DNA from: a virus
Taxonomy: Duplodnaviria > Caudoviricetes
Direction: 5' to 3' (one strand)
Virus record (IMG/VR): IMGVR_UViG_3300030376_004189
Span: 13,820 to 77,819 of that record
DNA length: 64,000 bases
In this document: one piece after another, positions 1-10,060 of the stretch
How positions within the stretch are numbered: position 1 is the stretch's first letter
Layout: each line of letters starts with the position of its first letter
The notes under the pieces: generated by a model
Database searches by the model: none
What the model saw: the letters and a program-made list of their open reading frames with translations, nothing else
What the model was told of the DNA's origin: nothing
Program-made: the position numbers and the translations under genes

Positions 1-20
1 CTTTCTCTGATCAGAGAAGG

Positions 21-2258
21 ATGTATCGTTATGCAATGTCTCCTGTTAAACCTTATGGTGAAGAAGATAGTTCTGGTGGTGGACAAACTTATAGTAATAC
101 ATGGAATATTGATGCTCCTTATGGTGGATTTTATAAGTTAAAAGTAGCTGCTGATGATAGTGCTGTAATTAAACTTGATGGTAATGAAGTCTTAAGAACA
201 GTTGGTGTATCAACTCAATCAGAAAGTATGGTTGGTATTGATAGTGGTCCTCATGAAGTTACTGTTGAGGTAAGTAATGTTGGTCAGGAAACTTATGATT
301 CAATAGATCAAAGAGTTTTTACTACTCAAGGATGGGCAGCAATTGGAACTCAAGTAGAGCAAGCATTGAATACTAATGAAGTTGTTTTTAAATTTGCTAC
401 TTCCACAATGTATGGTGCTTCAGCATCTATTCCAGAGTTGGATATGTCTATTGTGAAACCATATGGAATAGGTAAAGATGTATCAGAAACTTTTAGTAAA
501 AAGGTTGAGTTTGATAAAGTATATGAGGTTAGAGTTACTAGTAATAGTGGTCAAAATAGCCAGAATGATGGTCGTTATACCTATGTTGAAGTTGGTGATC
601 AAGGGGTATGGGGATTTGATGAAGATGATAATTTGTCTCCAAATCATCGACCTAGAAGGAGTTGGAAGTATGCAAACCTTGCAGGTAGGTTTGATTGGGA
701 TTATAAAAAACTAAACGCTCTCTCACATGGATGGGAGGTTCAACGTGACGATGGAAACTGGTATCCATCTCAATGGGAGGATCATGATTATGAAGGATGG
801 ACTTCTATACCACCTCCACCACCACCAAAAGGTGGTCGTAACCCTAAAGCAAAATTAAGAACCAATGGAGAAAATGTTCTTGAGATGGAGGATATCCCTA
901 ACACTGATGCAGGTGGAGGTGGTGTTGGTAAGTATTGGGATGATGTAATTATTTCTACAAGTCAAGGTAGATTCTTTGATATTAATGGGTTGACTGCAAA
1001 GTATGTTTTAGAGAAGGAAACTAAAACTGTTATGCAAGGTGGAACTGGTAGTGGAACAGTTAAAGATGGTGTTGTTTATGATGGTCCTGAATTATTCCAT
1101 AAGAATTTTAGTGGATGGGGATCATTTATGAATAAGTCTAGTGTATGTCAGAACCCTACAGTAGCAAACACTCAAGTTGTTAATTACACTTGGAGTAATG
1201 TTGATTTCCCTGAAGATGGTATATATCAAGTTAAATTCCAGAATGATGCACATGCAACTCTTTATTTGGATGGTGAACCAATTGTAACAGGAAATTTTGA
1301 CAATGAAGCAGGAGTATCTGCTCAAGATGAGTCTAACTGGAGTGGATCGGGTAAGTATAAAAATGTACCAGTAAATAAAGGGAAGCATACTCTTACTGTT
1401 GGACCTCCAAATCCTGATCTTATAGATACCCTTTTCAAACAACCTGCAGGATATAAATGGCATGAAAATCCAAGTGGATTTGCTATTGAGATTAGAAAGA
1501 AGATGAAGGTAGTAAGAAAAGGTTCTGATGGTAAACCAGTTACAAAATCTTGGAAAGAGAATCCAGTATTAGTTTCTGCACATCTTATACCACCTCCTTG
1601 TCCTAGAGTAGTTGAAGGTAAAGGTTCTGTAAAGACAATCATTCCTGTTGTGCCTGGATGTGGATATACTCCACCACCTACAGGAGGAGGAGATCCTCGT
1701 TATGATGTTATATTAGAACTGACTAACGTAATAATAGAAGATCCTGGTATAAACTATGATCCTGAAGATGAGGTAGTTATTACTGGTCGTCCTGGTGATC
1801 CTGTTATTCCTCCATTCAAACCAACACTTGGTCCTTTTGGTGCTATAATAGATATTCCTGTCCCTCCTACTGCTGGATTTACGGGATGGCCTGATATATC
1901 CATATCAACTTCTACTGGGATTGGAGTTGTCCCAACGCCTGTATTTACTCCTAGAAGAACTCCAGTAGATGTTGATCCTGATAGATTACTTCAGGTTACT
2001 GATCTTGTTGGACTTAAACAGACTGGATACTATGATGGTAAACCATACTACGGTGCTATCTTCTACAAAGAGGGTATTAAATATGCAGGATGGTATGAAA
2101 CAGCTGGACAATTGGTTCAGGTATATGATACACTACAAGAAAGTATTGATGCACAGGTAACTACACCTGCATCTGCAATTCAGAGACAGGGTTCTGACAT
2201 TAGCAGTAATGATCCTCGCCTTAATATTCCAGGCACACCCGACAACCTTACTTATTAG
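21..2258 (+). CDS. C-terminal part of a large virion/baseplate structural protein with PA14-like beta domains (probably 5'-truncated by the window)
   Basis: 745-aa ORF; the frame is open upstream of 21 to the window edge. Two PA14-like segments (GFYKLKVAADDSAVIKLDG; GIYQVKFQNDAHATLYLDG) and a Pro-rich C-terminal half; sits at the head of a structural cluster. Confidence 0.6.
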   Translation: MYRYAMSPVKPYGEEDSSGGGQTYSNTWNIDAPYGGFYKLKVAADDSAVIKLDGNEVLRTVGVSTQSESMVGIDSGPHEVTVEVSNVGQETYDSIDQRVFTTQGWAAIGTQVEQALNTNEVVFKFATSTMYGASASIPELDMSIVKPYGIGKDVSETFSKKVEFDKVYEVRVTSNSGQNSQNDGRYTYVEVGDQGVWGFDEDDNLSPNHRPRRSWKYANLAGRFDWDYKKLNALSHGWEVQRDDGNWYPSQWEDHDYEGWTSIPPPPPPKGGRNPKAKLRTNGENVLEMEDIPNTDAGGGGVGKYWDDVIISTSQGRFFDINGLTAKYVLEKETKTVMQGGTGSGTVKDGVVYDGPELFHKNFSGWGSFMNKSSVCQNPTVANTQVVNYTWSNVDFPEDGIYQVKFQNDAHATLYLDGEPIVTGNFDNEAGVSAQDESNWSGSGKYKNVPVNKGKHTLTVGPPNPDLIDTLFKQPAGYKWHENPSGFAIEIRKKMKVVRKGSDGKPVTKSWKENPVLVSAHLIPPPCPRVVEGKGSVKTIIPVVPGCGYTPPPTGGGDPRYDVILELTNVIIEDPGINYDPEDEVVITGRPGDPVIPPFKPTLGPFGAIIDIPVPPTAGFTGWPDISISTSTGIGVVPTPVFTPRRTPVDVDPDRLLQVTDLVGLKQTGYYDGKPYYGAIFYKEGIKYAGWYETAGQLVQVYDTLQESIDAQVTTPASAIQRQGSDISSNDPRLNIPGTPDNLTY

Positions 2259-2270
2259 AGGTAATAATAA

Positions 2271-2990
2271 ATGTCCGTAGAGAAGAGAGGTTTAATAGTA
2301 GAAAATGATAGGTTGTCTAAACCAAATTCTACTCCCAACCCCACTGATCAAGCAGTACAAAATTATACAGAGATAGGTCTTGGAAATGATAAAGGATCCA
2401 TTAAGATGGGTCATATTCATAAGCAAGGTGATGTAACTGCTGGTGTTGGATTATATACTCCTGATGGAGAGCATCAATTAAGTTTAGATGTTGATGGTGG
2501 GAGAAAGGGATGGACAATAGCAACTGGTCCAGGTGCTTTTCAGGTAGAGTGTGGAAGCAGGATGAAGGAGACTGATAATAGTGTTATAATAACTGCTGTA
2601 AATGGAGACGTTTCTATTACAGCAACTAACGGTAAGATAAGATTGCAAGGAACTGATATTGAATTAACTGCTGTAGGTGAGGGTCAGACTAAAGGTAATA
2701 TAAAATTGGAAGCTACTGAAAGTATTATCAATAATTCTAAAAAGTTTTTAGTCAATGCTAAATCACTATATAAAATTGCTAGTTCACAGCAAGCACAAGT
2801 TGTTGCTAATGGAACACTAGAATTATATGGAAATGTTATTAAAGGAGTTACTGCTGCTGTGCAAAAGAAAGATGTTAAATGTAGTGGATTTAGAAAAGTA
2901 TTTAAAGATCAGAACCCTGATAAGAAATTTGCAAATCCATCTGCTCTTGCTGTGGAGAAGCAGTATCAACAAGATCTAATGGATCAATAG
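2271..2990 (+). CDS. putative baseplate-associated structural protein
   Basis: 239-aa ORF with GAGG RBS at ~2258; short beta-strand repeats (IITAVNGDVSITATNGKIRLQGTDIELTA) reminiscent of spike beta-helices. Confidence 0.5.
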   Translation: MSVEKRGLIVENDRLSKPNSTPNPTDQAVQNYTEIGLGNDKGSIKMGHIHKQGDVTAGVGLYTPDGEHQLSLDVDGGRKGWTIATGPGAFQVECGSRMKETDNSVIITAVNGDVSITATNGKIRLQGTDIELTAVGEGQTKGNIKLEATESIINNSKKFLVNAKSLYKIASSQQAQVVANGTLELYGNVIKGVTAAVQKKDVKCSGFRKVFKDQNPDKKFANPSALAVEKQYQQDLMDQ

Positions 2991-3002
2991 GAGGTAAACC
3001 CA

Positions 3003-3773
3003 ATGAAATTAGATGATTTACAAGTAGGAGGTCAACTTTTAGTAGGAACTGGAGTTTATCGTGCTATTAAAGAAGGATCCGAACGGATCAATGGATCTGC
3101 AGCACTCGAAGGTCCAGTTGTTATAGGAGCACAGAATGATTTTGGGAAGAATACTGCCACATTAATGGTAGGTGAGACTACTAATGAGGATCCTGATTGT
3201 GAAAGTCCTAGAAAAAAATTAGGTATATCGGGTACTATTCCTACGGTAATACATGCTAAAGGTGGATTTTTCTTAGATGGTGATTTATTTGTTACTGGAT
3301 CAGTTGATTGTGAGTCTACTGGTAGGTTAGAAGAAAGACATGAGGTAGCAGATGATTCTCCTAAGTTATTTGATATGAAGCATCCTTCTCCTGAAATGGA
3401 AGGACATAGACTTGCTCATGCTTGTATTGAGGGACCAGAAGTTGGTGTATATTATAGAGGTAGATTAAGAAATGAAAAAGAGATAATATTACCAGATTAT
3501 TGGAAAGATTTGGTTCATATGAATAGTATTAGTGTTCAGTTACAACCTATTGGTGCTCATCAGGATATCATTGTAAAGAGATGGGATATAGAGAAGATTT
3601 ATCTTCAGTCCAAGAGTGGCATCCCTATAGATTGTTTTTATCATGTGTATGCAGAGAGAAAGGATGTTAATGCTCTTGTGGTTGAGTATGAGGGTGAAAC
3701 ATATGAGGATAGACCTGATAGAGAGGGTAATGATCCCAAGTATGCTGATAATGTGAACACAAGGACACTTTGA
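3003..3773 (+). CDS. putative tail/baseplate protein with fibre-chaperone-like C-terminal domain
   Basis: 256-aa ORF, GGAGG RBS; C-terminal KLFDMKHP...LAHACIEGPEVGVYYRG motif typical of phage fibre C-terminal domains. Confidence 0.5.
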   Translation: MKLDDLQVGGQLLVGTGVYRAIKEGSERINGSAALEGPVVIGAQNDFGKNTATLMVGETTNEDPDCESPRKKLGISGTIPTVIHAKGGFFLDGDLFVTGSVDCESTGRLEERHEVADDSPKLFDMKHPSPEMEGHRLAHACIEGPEVGVYYRGRLRNEKEIILPDYWKDLVHMNSISVQLQPIGAHQDIIVKRWDIEKIYLQSKSGIPIDCFYHVYAERKDVNALVVEYEGETYEDRPDREGNDPKYADNVNTRTL

Positions 3774-3797
3774 CAATCTGCTATAGTGTGCTATACT
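3770..3797 (+). promoter_or_regulatory. sigma70-type promoter
   Basis: TTGACA (3770-3775), 16-nt spacer ending TGC, TATACT (3792-3797), upstream of the 3824 ORF. Confidence 0.7.
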
Positions 3798-3823
3798 ACA
3801 TAAAGTAACCCACCCTTGACTCT

Positions 3824-4006
3824 ATGGAAGATGAATACTTGACTAAATGTGTGGTGGATACATTGAAACGAACTTTTTATCTTTATTCTAGTGACGGAGA
3901 TGAAAGAGTAGTGAAATGTGATACGGTAGATGAATTTATGAGTGTGTTAGATGTTGTAAGAAATACTGCACCTGATGATGTCGTATCCTATACAAATCCT
4001 CTCTGA
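3824..4006 (+). CDS. small conserved-type cyanophage hypothetical protein
   Basis: 60-aa acidic ORF downstream of a sigma70-type promoter. Confidence 0.7.
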   Translation: MEDEYLTKCVVDTLKRTFYLYSSDGDERVVKCDTVDEFMSVLDVVRNTAPDDVVSYTNPL

Positions 4007-4132
4007 GGGAAATTCGACTTTTAATTCCAAAAATGTCGGATAAAAATCCCACCAATTTTTTGCTCACGTTAGGTTTGGCAAGGATTTGTCTTATGATAAA
4101 TAATCCATAACAAGAACTATAGTGTTAATAAG

Positions 4133-7100
4133 ATGGGTCTCTCCAGATTAGATAATTTTCTAAAGTCGGCACGAGGAACTATTCTCTATGTCAATCCAAA
4201 TGACTTGGATGCAACGGATAGTATTGAAAACCGTGGTAATTCACTGACTCGTCCATTTAAGACAATTCAAAGAGCATTAATTGAATCGGCAAGATTTTCA
4301 TATCAGAAAGGATTGGATAATGACAGATTTGGTAAGACTACAATCTTGTTATACCCTGGAGATCATACTGTAGATAATAGACCTGGTTATATTCCTGATG
4401 GTTCAAATAATTATAGATTAAGAAATGGTCAGACAACTAATACTTTACCTCCTTTTGATTTAACTAGTAATTTTGATTTAGATTCATCTGATAATGAACT
4501 CTATAAGTTGAATAGTGTTTATGGTGGTGTTATCATCCCTAGAGGAACATCTCTTGTAGGTCTTGATTTAAGAAAAACGAAGATTAGACCAAAATATGTT
4601 CCAAATCCTGCAAATGATAATATTGGAAGAAGTGCATTATTCCGTGTAACTGGTGGTTGCTATTTTTGGCAATTTTCCATGTTTGATGCAAATCCAAATG
4701 GAAAGTGTTATGTTGATTATACAGCAAATGAGTTTGTTCCTAATTTTTCGCACCATAAGCTAACTACTTTTGAGTATGCTGATGGTGTAAATGGTGTCAA
4801 TATCAATGATACCTTTATGACATTCTCTACAAGTCGTACTGACTTGGATATGTATTATGAGAAAGTTAGTCTTGTTTATGGACAGTCTTCTGGTCGTGCA
4901 ATTGAACCAGATTACCCAAGTAGTGGTTTAGACATACAACCTAAAATTGACGAATATCGTATTGTAGGTTCTACAGGTAAATCTGTAGGAATTTCAAGTA
5001 TTTGGTCAGGTGACGGTTCTACTGCTACAACTGCTATTACTGCTGTTCTTTCAGATGACACGTTTACAGGATTAGACGTAGATACTCCATTCCGTGTAGA
5101 AGGTGTTCCTGCTTCAGGTTATGATGGTAAGTTTGTTGTAGCAGAAAGACCTACTGATGATAGAGTAGTTTATAATATTCAGAATTCACCAGCAGTTGTT
5201 CATCCTGCTGTAACTGGTGCTACTTTAACTCTTTCTTCTGATACTGTTACATCATCTTCTCCATATATCTTCAACGTATCATTGAGATCTGTTTATGGTA
5301 TGTGTGGTCTATTTGCTGATGGTAAGAAAGCAACTGGATTCAAGAGTATGGTTGTTGCCCAGTTTACTGGTATCGGTCTTCAGAAGGATGATAATGCTTT
5401 TGTTATCTACAACAACGACAGTCCTGCTACTGGTCAGTATGACGACAGCACACAACCAGGAAATGAGAATTTAAGCACTAATTCTAAGGCAATATACAAA
5501 CCATCATATAGAAACTATCATATTAAGTGTTCTAATGATGCTGTTCTACAAATTGTTTCTGTATTTGCTATTGGATATGCAGAGCATTTCTTAGTAGAGA
5601 GTGGTGGTGATCAATCTATTACCAACTCTAACTCAAACTTCGGTGCTTCTGCTCTTAATGCGGTAGGATTTAAGGATAATGCATTCAAGCAAGACGACAA
5701 AGGATATATTACTCATATTATCCCACCAAAAGAGATTCCTCTTACAGAGAGCTCAGTAGAATTTGAGTCAATTGACGTTAACGTAACTGGTTCTGCTGTT
5801 GGTGTAGGTTCTACTTCACATCTATATCTTTACAGTCAAACTAATGAGGATGTTCCACCAGAGAATGTTATTGAAGGATATAGAGTTGGTGCAAAACCAA
5901 ATGATACATTAAAATTTGTTAGTTCTACTAATGGCGTTCCTAGTGAGTATAGTGCTCGAATCGTAATGCCTGGTTCTGATACCAGTTACGAGAAATCATT
6001 TACTGTTAATAGAAGTGCTACAGGTATCAACAGCATAGGTCAATTTAGTGCTGGTGGATTCCAAAATGTTATAACTCTTACTGCTGATCATGACTTCTTA
6101 ACTGGAGAATCAGTTCGTGTTATAAGTGATAGTGGACAACTTCCTGACGGAATTAACCCAAATAGCATTTATTATACTATTGTTGCTGGTTTAACAGAAA
6201 ATACAAATATTAAACTTGCTAAAACTCTAAATGATGCAATTGATGGAACTGCATTACCTATTAATGATAAAGGTGGAGTTCTAACAGTTGTAAGTAGAGT
6301 ATCTGATAAGAATTCTGGTGATATTGGACACCCAATTCAGTGGGATCCTACTCAATCACAGTGGTATACTAAAGTATCTGATACTGACAATACAATCTAT
6401 GATAGAATTGTTGGACTTGGATCTACTTCTTTAGGTGCTGCTACTCCAAGAACATTTATTACAAGAAAGTCTGATACTAGAAATGCATTAGATACAATTT
6501 ATCGTGCAAGATATGTAATTCCTGCTTCTTTAGGTGGTGGAGTTGCTAAACCACCAAGTGATGGATTCATTGTTCAGGAATCAAATACTTCTATCGGTGC
6601 AACTGATGGAGAAATCCAAACATACTTTGGTTCTGGATCTTTAACTAATGAGAATCAGCAGAGAAACTTTAGATTTATTTCGGGTGTTACTCAAAATGGA
6701 TTTGATGTTACCGTAAAGACAGAACTTCCTCATGATTTATCAGTTGGATCTCAAGTTGAGTTGGTAAATGTTAGGAGTTCTTCTAATGCAACAGGTGTTG
6801 GTAATTCAGGTTTTAATGAAAATTATGTCGTTAATTCTATTAGCGATTCCAAAACATTTAGTGTTGGATTAACAACTGCTGCAGGATCATTCACTAATAA
6901 TACTTCTGGAAGAAATACTGATCTTCCATACTTCAAGAGAAAGTCATATGAGAATACTTACTTTGTTTATAGACATCAAGAGTCTCAACCATATGTTACA
7001 GGTGAGCAAGATGGTGTTTACTACTTAACTTTATTAAACGCTTCTAACCGTCCAACTGTATCACCATTTACTAAAGAGAATTTCTCTCAACCAGTAAAAG

Positions 7101-10054
7101 AACTTTATCCTCAAGTTAGTAGGGATAATCCAGTTGCTGATCCAGCAGAAACAAAATCTTTTGCAAGAGCAGATTTAATTGGTGATGTTGTTGTTAGTGA
7201 CGTTCAGAAGAGTGTTACTAAAGAAACATTAAACAAGTTTGTTAGTGATACAAACATTGGTGTTGGAATTACTAATATTCAATCTGCTACTGGAACTGCC
7301 CATACAATTACTACTGTAGTTGATCATGGATTAAACAGAATTACTGGTATCGCCACTGTTACTAGTGGTCAAGGATATGGAGATGGTTCGGGTTCAGGTG
7401 GATCTTACTACAATGCTCAATTAGTTGCAATTGGATCATCTGTTACAGGTAAGAATGCGACTGCAAAGATTAACATTGATGCAAATGGTTCTATTACCTC
7501 CCTTAAGATTATGGATGGTGGTAGTGCATATGGTATTGGTAATACTTTGGCTGTTACTGGTGTTGCAGTTACCACAGGGCATGAACAAGCAGTTATAAGA
7601 GTTGAAAGTGTTTATGATAATGTTGGAGATGTAATTAGAGTTGCTGGTGTATCTTCAGAGAAATATTCTGGATATAACGATCTTTATAAGATTACTGATG
7701 TTGCTGCTGGTGCTGCTACTAGTGTTACTGTAGAATCTGCTAATCCTGTTGCAAACTTCTCTACTACTGGTGTAGGTGCAGATTTAGCATCAAATGCATA
7801 TGCTTATGAAACTGGTGAAGCACTACAGGTTCAATATTTCGATTATAATAATACAACTGGTGTTGGTATAGTTACTACAACCAATAATCATGGATTGAAA
7901 GTTGATCATCAAATTAGATTAGTTGGATTTACTAATGATGCTGTTAAGTTTAATGGAAGTTTTGTAATTACAGAGAATAAGAGTCTTACTTCATTCGCTG
8001 TTAATATTGGAGTTGGAACAGCAGCAGCAGTTACTGGATCACCATTTGTATATCGTGAAGGATATGCTGCAAACCAAGGTGTTATTACTCCTGATCATGA
8101 GAATCTAAATGGAAGAATGGTTCCAACATATGCTGGAATTACCACTACATTATCTCAAAATGTTGTTAATGCAACGATAGATGAGGTTGCCTTTGCTGGA
8201 GCAAATACACTTGACATCCAGATTGGTGATTACTTTATGATTGATAATGAGATTGTAAGGATTAAGCAGACAACAGCATGTGCTGCAGCACCATTAGTTC
8301 AGTCAAATAATATTAAGGTCTTCCGTGGAGTTCTTGGAACAAAACCAAAGGCACATGATTTAGGAAGTGTAGTAAGAAGAATTTCTGTCAATCCAATTGA
8401 ATTAAGAAGACACTCAATTATCCGTGCTTCTGGTCATACATTTGAGTATGTTGGATATGGTCCAGGTAACTACTCAACTGCATTCCCTGATAAGCAAGAT
8501 AGAAACCTTTCACTCAAGGAAGAGTTACTAGCACAGTCAACCAAGAGGTCTGGTGGTGTTAACTTCTACACTGGAATGAATGATAAGGGTGTATCATTCA
8601 ATGGTAATAAGAAGATAAGTGCATTTACAGGAGAAGAGGAGATTATTGATACTCCTATTCAGACCGTAACTGGTGAGGATATTGGTGATCTTCCTGATCT
8701 TAACGTAACTAATGCAACTGAAGCATCTATTTCACGTTCTATTAAGGTTGAGGGTGGTCCTGATAATAAGGTCACATCAGAATTTAATGGTCCTATTATT
8801 CTGAATAATAAGTTAACATCTATATCTGATAAGGGTATTGAGGCACAAACACTTTATATTCAAGGTGATCAAACAATATCAAGGAAACATACGGTAACAG
8901 GAACTACACCAACATTGTCTGGTAATCCTGGTGATGTTCTTTACTATTCTGATCCTGTAGATGGTGGACATGTTGGTTGGGTTTATTCTGTAGATAATGA
9001 CTGGAGAAGATTTGGCAATGTCAGTCTTTCTAAAGTCAATGACATCTATACCTATGATCAAGTTGGTATAGGAACTACTTCACCTGGAACTAATACTTTA
9101 CAAGTTGGTTCTGGAACAACACTTGTTTCTGTTGATAATATAGGAATTAATGTTGGATCTGCATTAACAATTACTGCAGGTGGTGATGTTAAGTTTGATG
9201 CCAAGGTTTATGATAACAATGGATTATATGGAACAGCAGGTCAAGTCTTCCAGGCAACTGGTGCAGGTGTATCATGGGTTTCAAGTGGTGTTGTTCAAGG
9301 TTGGCAGAGAACTCATGCAAACAATGGAATTTATAATGCAGCACTAGACTTCGTAGGTATTGGAACTACAACACCAAGAGTTAATCTTGAGGTAGGTTCT
9401 ATTGGATTTGCTGGCACTACATTATATGTTAATGGTGAAGCAAACTTTGTTGGTATTATTACTGCAAACAATGTATTTGTAAGTGGTATTCTAACTGCTA
9501 GATCTATAAACATACAAGATTCTGGTGGTGACATAACTACGGGTATTATTACTGCTACCAATATTAAAGTTGGAACTGGATTAACAACCTTACAATCTAC
9601 TTCTCATGGTATAGGTATTGGAACTGCTTCTGCTAGAGCAATACTAGATATTGAGGGTCATACTAGATTTAAGACATACTCTGAAAGTGTAGGATCATTA
9701 GATGTTGTAGGTGGTGATGTTGCAGTTGATCTATCTGCTGCTCAAACATTTACATTTACTCCAAATGCTCCTGTAAATGCATTCAGACTTAATAACATAC
9801 CTGATGGTTCTTCATCATTCACTATTAAGGTGTTACAAGGTTCTAGTTTCTTCACGGTAGGTATTAATAGTATGCACGTCGGTGCGGGTGCTACATGTGA
9901 CATGAAGTGGCCAGGTGGTGTTATACCTGTCGTTACCCAAAATGCAAATGCAACTGATATCTATTCATTTAAGATATTTGATGGTGCAGCACTAAAAGCG
10001 AATCCTACTGATAATACTATATTCGGTGTCGTTGGTGGTCAGAACTACAGCTAA
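4133..10054 (+). CDS. giant virion fibre/structural protein
   Basis: 1973 aa. N-terminal YVNPND...RPFKTIQRAL beta-helix-type start, repeated ITT..HGL modules, VGIGTT fibre repeats, C-terminal adaptor-like domain. ATAAATA late promoter at 4096-4102. Confidence 0.8.
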   Translation: MGLSRLDNFLKSARGTILYVNPNDLDATDSIENRGNSLTRPFKTIQRALIESARFSYQKGLDNDRFGKTTILLYPGDHTVDNRPGYIPDGSNNYRLRNGQTTNTLPPFDLTSNFDLDSSDNELYKLNSVYGGVIIPRGTSLVGLDLRKTKIRPKYVPNPANDNIGRSALFRVTGGCYFWQFSMFDANPNGKCYVDYTANEFVPNFSHHKLTTFEYADGVNGVNINDTFMTFSTSRTDLDMYYEKVSLVYGQSSGRAIEPDYPSSGLDIQPKIDEYRIVGSTGKSVGISSIWSGDGSTATTAITAVLSDDTFTGLDVDTPFRVEGVPASGYDGKFVVAERPTDDRVVYNIQNSPAVVHPAVTGATLTLSSDTVTSSSPYIFNVSLRSVYGMCGLFADGKKATGFKSMVVAQFTGIGLQKDDNAFVIYNNDSPATGQYDDSTQPGNENLSTNSKAIYKPSYRNYHIKCSNDAVLQIVSVFAIGYAEHFLVESGGDQSITNSNSNFGASALNAVGFKDNAFKQDDKGYITHIIPPKEIPLTESSVEFESIDVNVTGSAVGVGSTSHLYLYSQTNEDVPPENVIEGYRVGAKPNDTLKFVSSTNGVPSEYSARIVMPGSDTSYEKSFTVNRSATGINSIGQFSAGGFQNVITLTADHDFLTGESVRVISDSGQLPDGINPNSIYYTIVAGLTENTNIKLAKTLNDAIDGTALPINDKGGVLTVVSRVSDKNSGDIGHPIQWDPTQSQWYTKVSDTDNTIYDRIVGLGSTSLGAATPRTFITRKSDTRNALDTIYRARYVIPASLGGGVAKPPSDGFIVQESNTSIGATDGEIQTYFGSGSLTNENQQRNFRFISGVTQNGFDVTVKTELPHDLSVGSQVELVNVRSSSNATGVGNSGFNENYVVNSISDSKTFSVGLTTAAGSFTNNTSGRNTDLPYFKRKSYENTYFVYRHQESQPYVTGEQDGVYYLTLLNASNRPTVSPFTKENFSQPVKELYPQVSRDNPVADPAETKSFARADLIGDVVVSDVQKSVTKETLNKFVSDTNIGVGITNIQSATGTAHTITTVVDHGLNRITGIATVTSGQGYGDGSGSGGSYYNAQLVAIGSSVTGKNATAKINIDANGSITSLKIMDGGSAYGIGNTLAVTGVAVTTGHEQAVIRVESVYDNVGDVIRVAGVSSEKYSGYNDLYKITDVAAGAATSVTVESANPVANFSTTGVGADLASNAYAYETGEALQVQYFDYNNTTGVGIVTTTNNHGLKVDHQIRLVGFTNDAVKFNGSFVITENKSLTSFAVNIGVGTAAAVTGSPFVYREGYAANQGVITPDHENLNGRMVPTYAGITTTLSQNVVNATIDEVAFAGANTLDIQIGDYFMIDNEIVRIKQTTACAAAPLVQSNNIKVFRGVLGTKPKAHDLGSVVRRISVNPIELRRHSIIRASGHTFEYVGYGPGNYSTAFPDKQDRNLSLKEELLAQSTKRSGGVNFYTGMNDKGVSFNGNKKISAFTGEEEIIDTPIQTVTGEDIGDLPDLNVTNATEASISRSIKVEGGPDNKVTSEFNGPIILNNKLTSISDKGIEAQTLYIQGDQTISRKHTVTGTTPTLSGNPGDVLYYSDPVDGGHVGWVYSVDNDWRRFGNVSLSKVNDIYTYDQVGIGTTSPGTNTLQVGSGTTLVSVDNIGINVGSALTITAGGDVKFDAKVYDNNGLYGTAGQVFQATGAGVSWVSSGVVQGWQRTHANNGIYNAALDFVGIGTTTPRVNLEVGSIGFAGTTLYVNGEANFVGIITANNVFVSGILTARSINIQDSGGDITTGIITATNIKVGTGLTTLQSTSHGIGIGTASARAILDIEGHTRFKTYSESVGSLDVVGGDVAVDLSAAQTFTFTPNAPVNAFRLNNIPDGSSSFTIKVLQGSSFFTVGINSMHVGAGATCDMKWPGGVIPVVTQNANATDIYSFKIFDGAALKANPTDNTIFGVVGGQNYS

Positions 10055-10060
10055 TAACTA

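Noticed and set aside
811-835. Polyproline run SIPPPPPPK in the first ORF
   Set aside because: Simple low-complexity linker with no evidence of a separate function.
4005-4075. Palindromic intergenic stretch (CGACTTTT...AAAAATGTCG) before the giant fibre gene
   Set aside because: A single short, imperfect hairpin with no second copy in the window; probably a terminator or processing stem, but not supportable as more.
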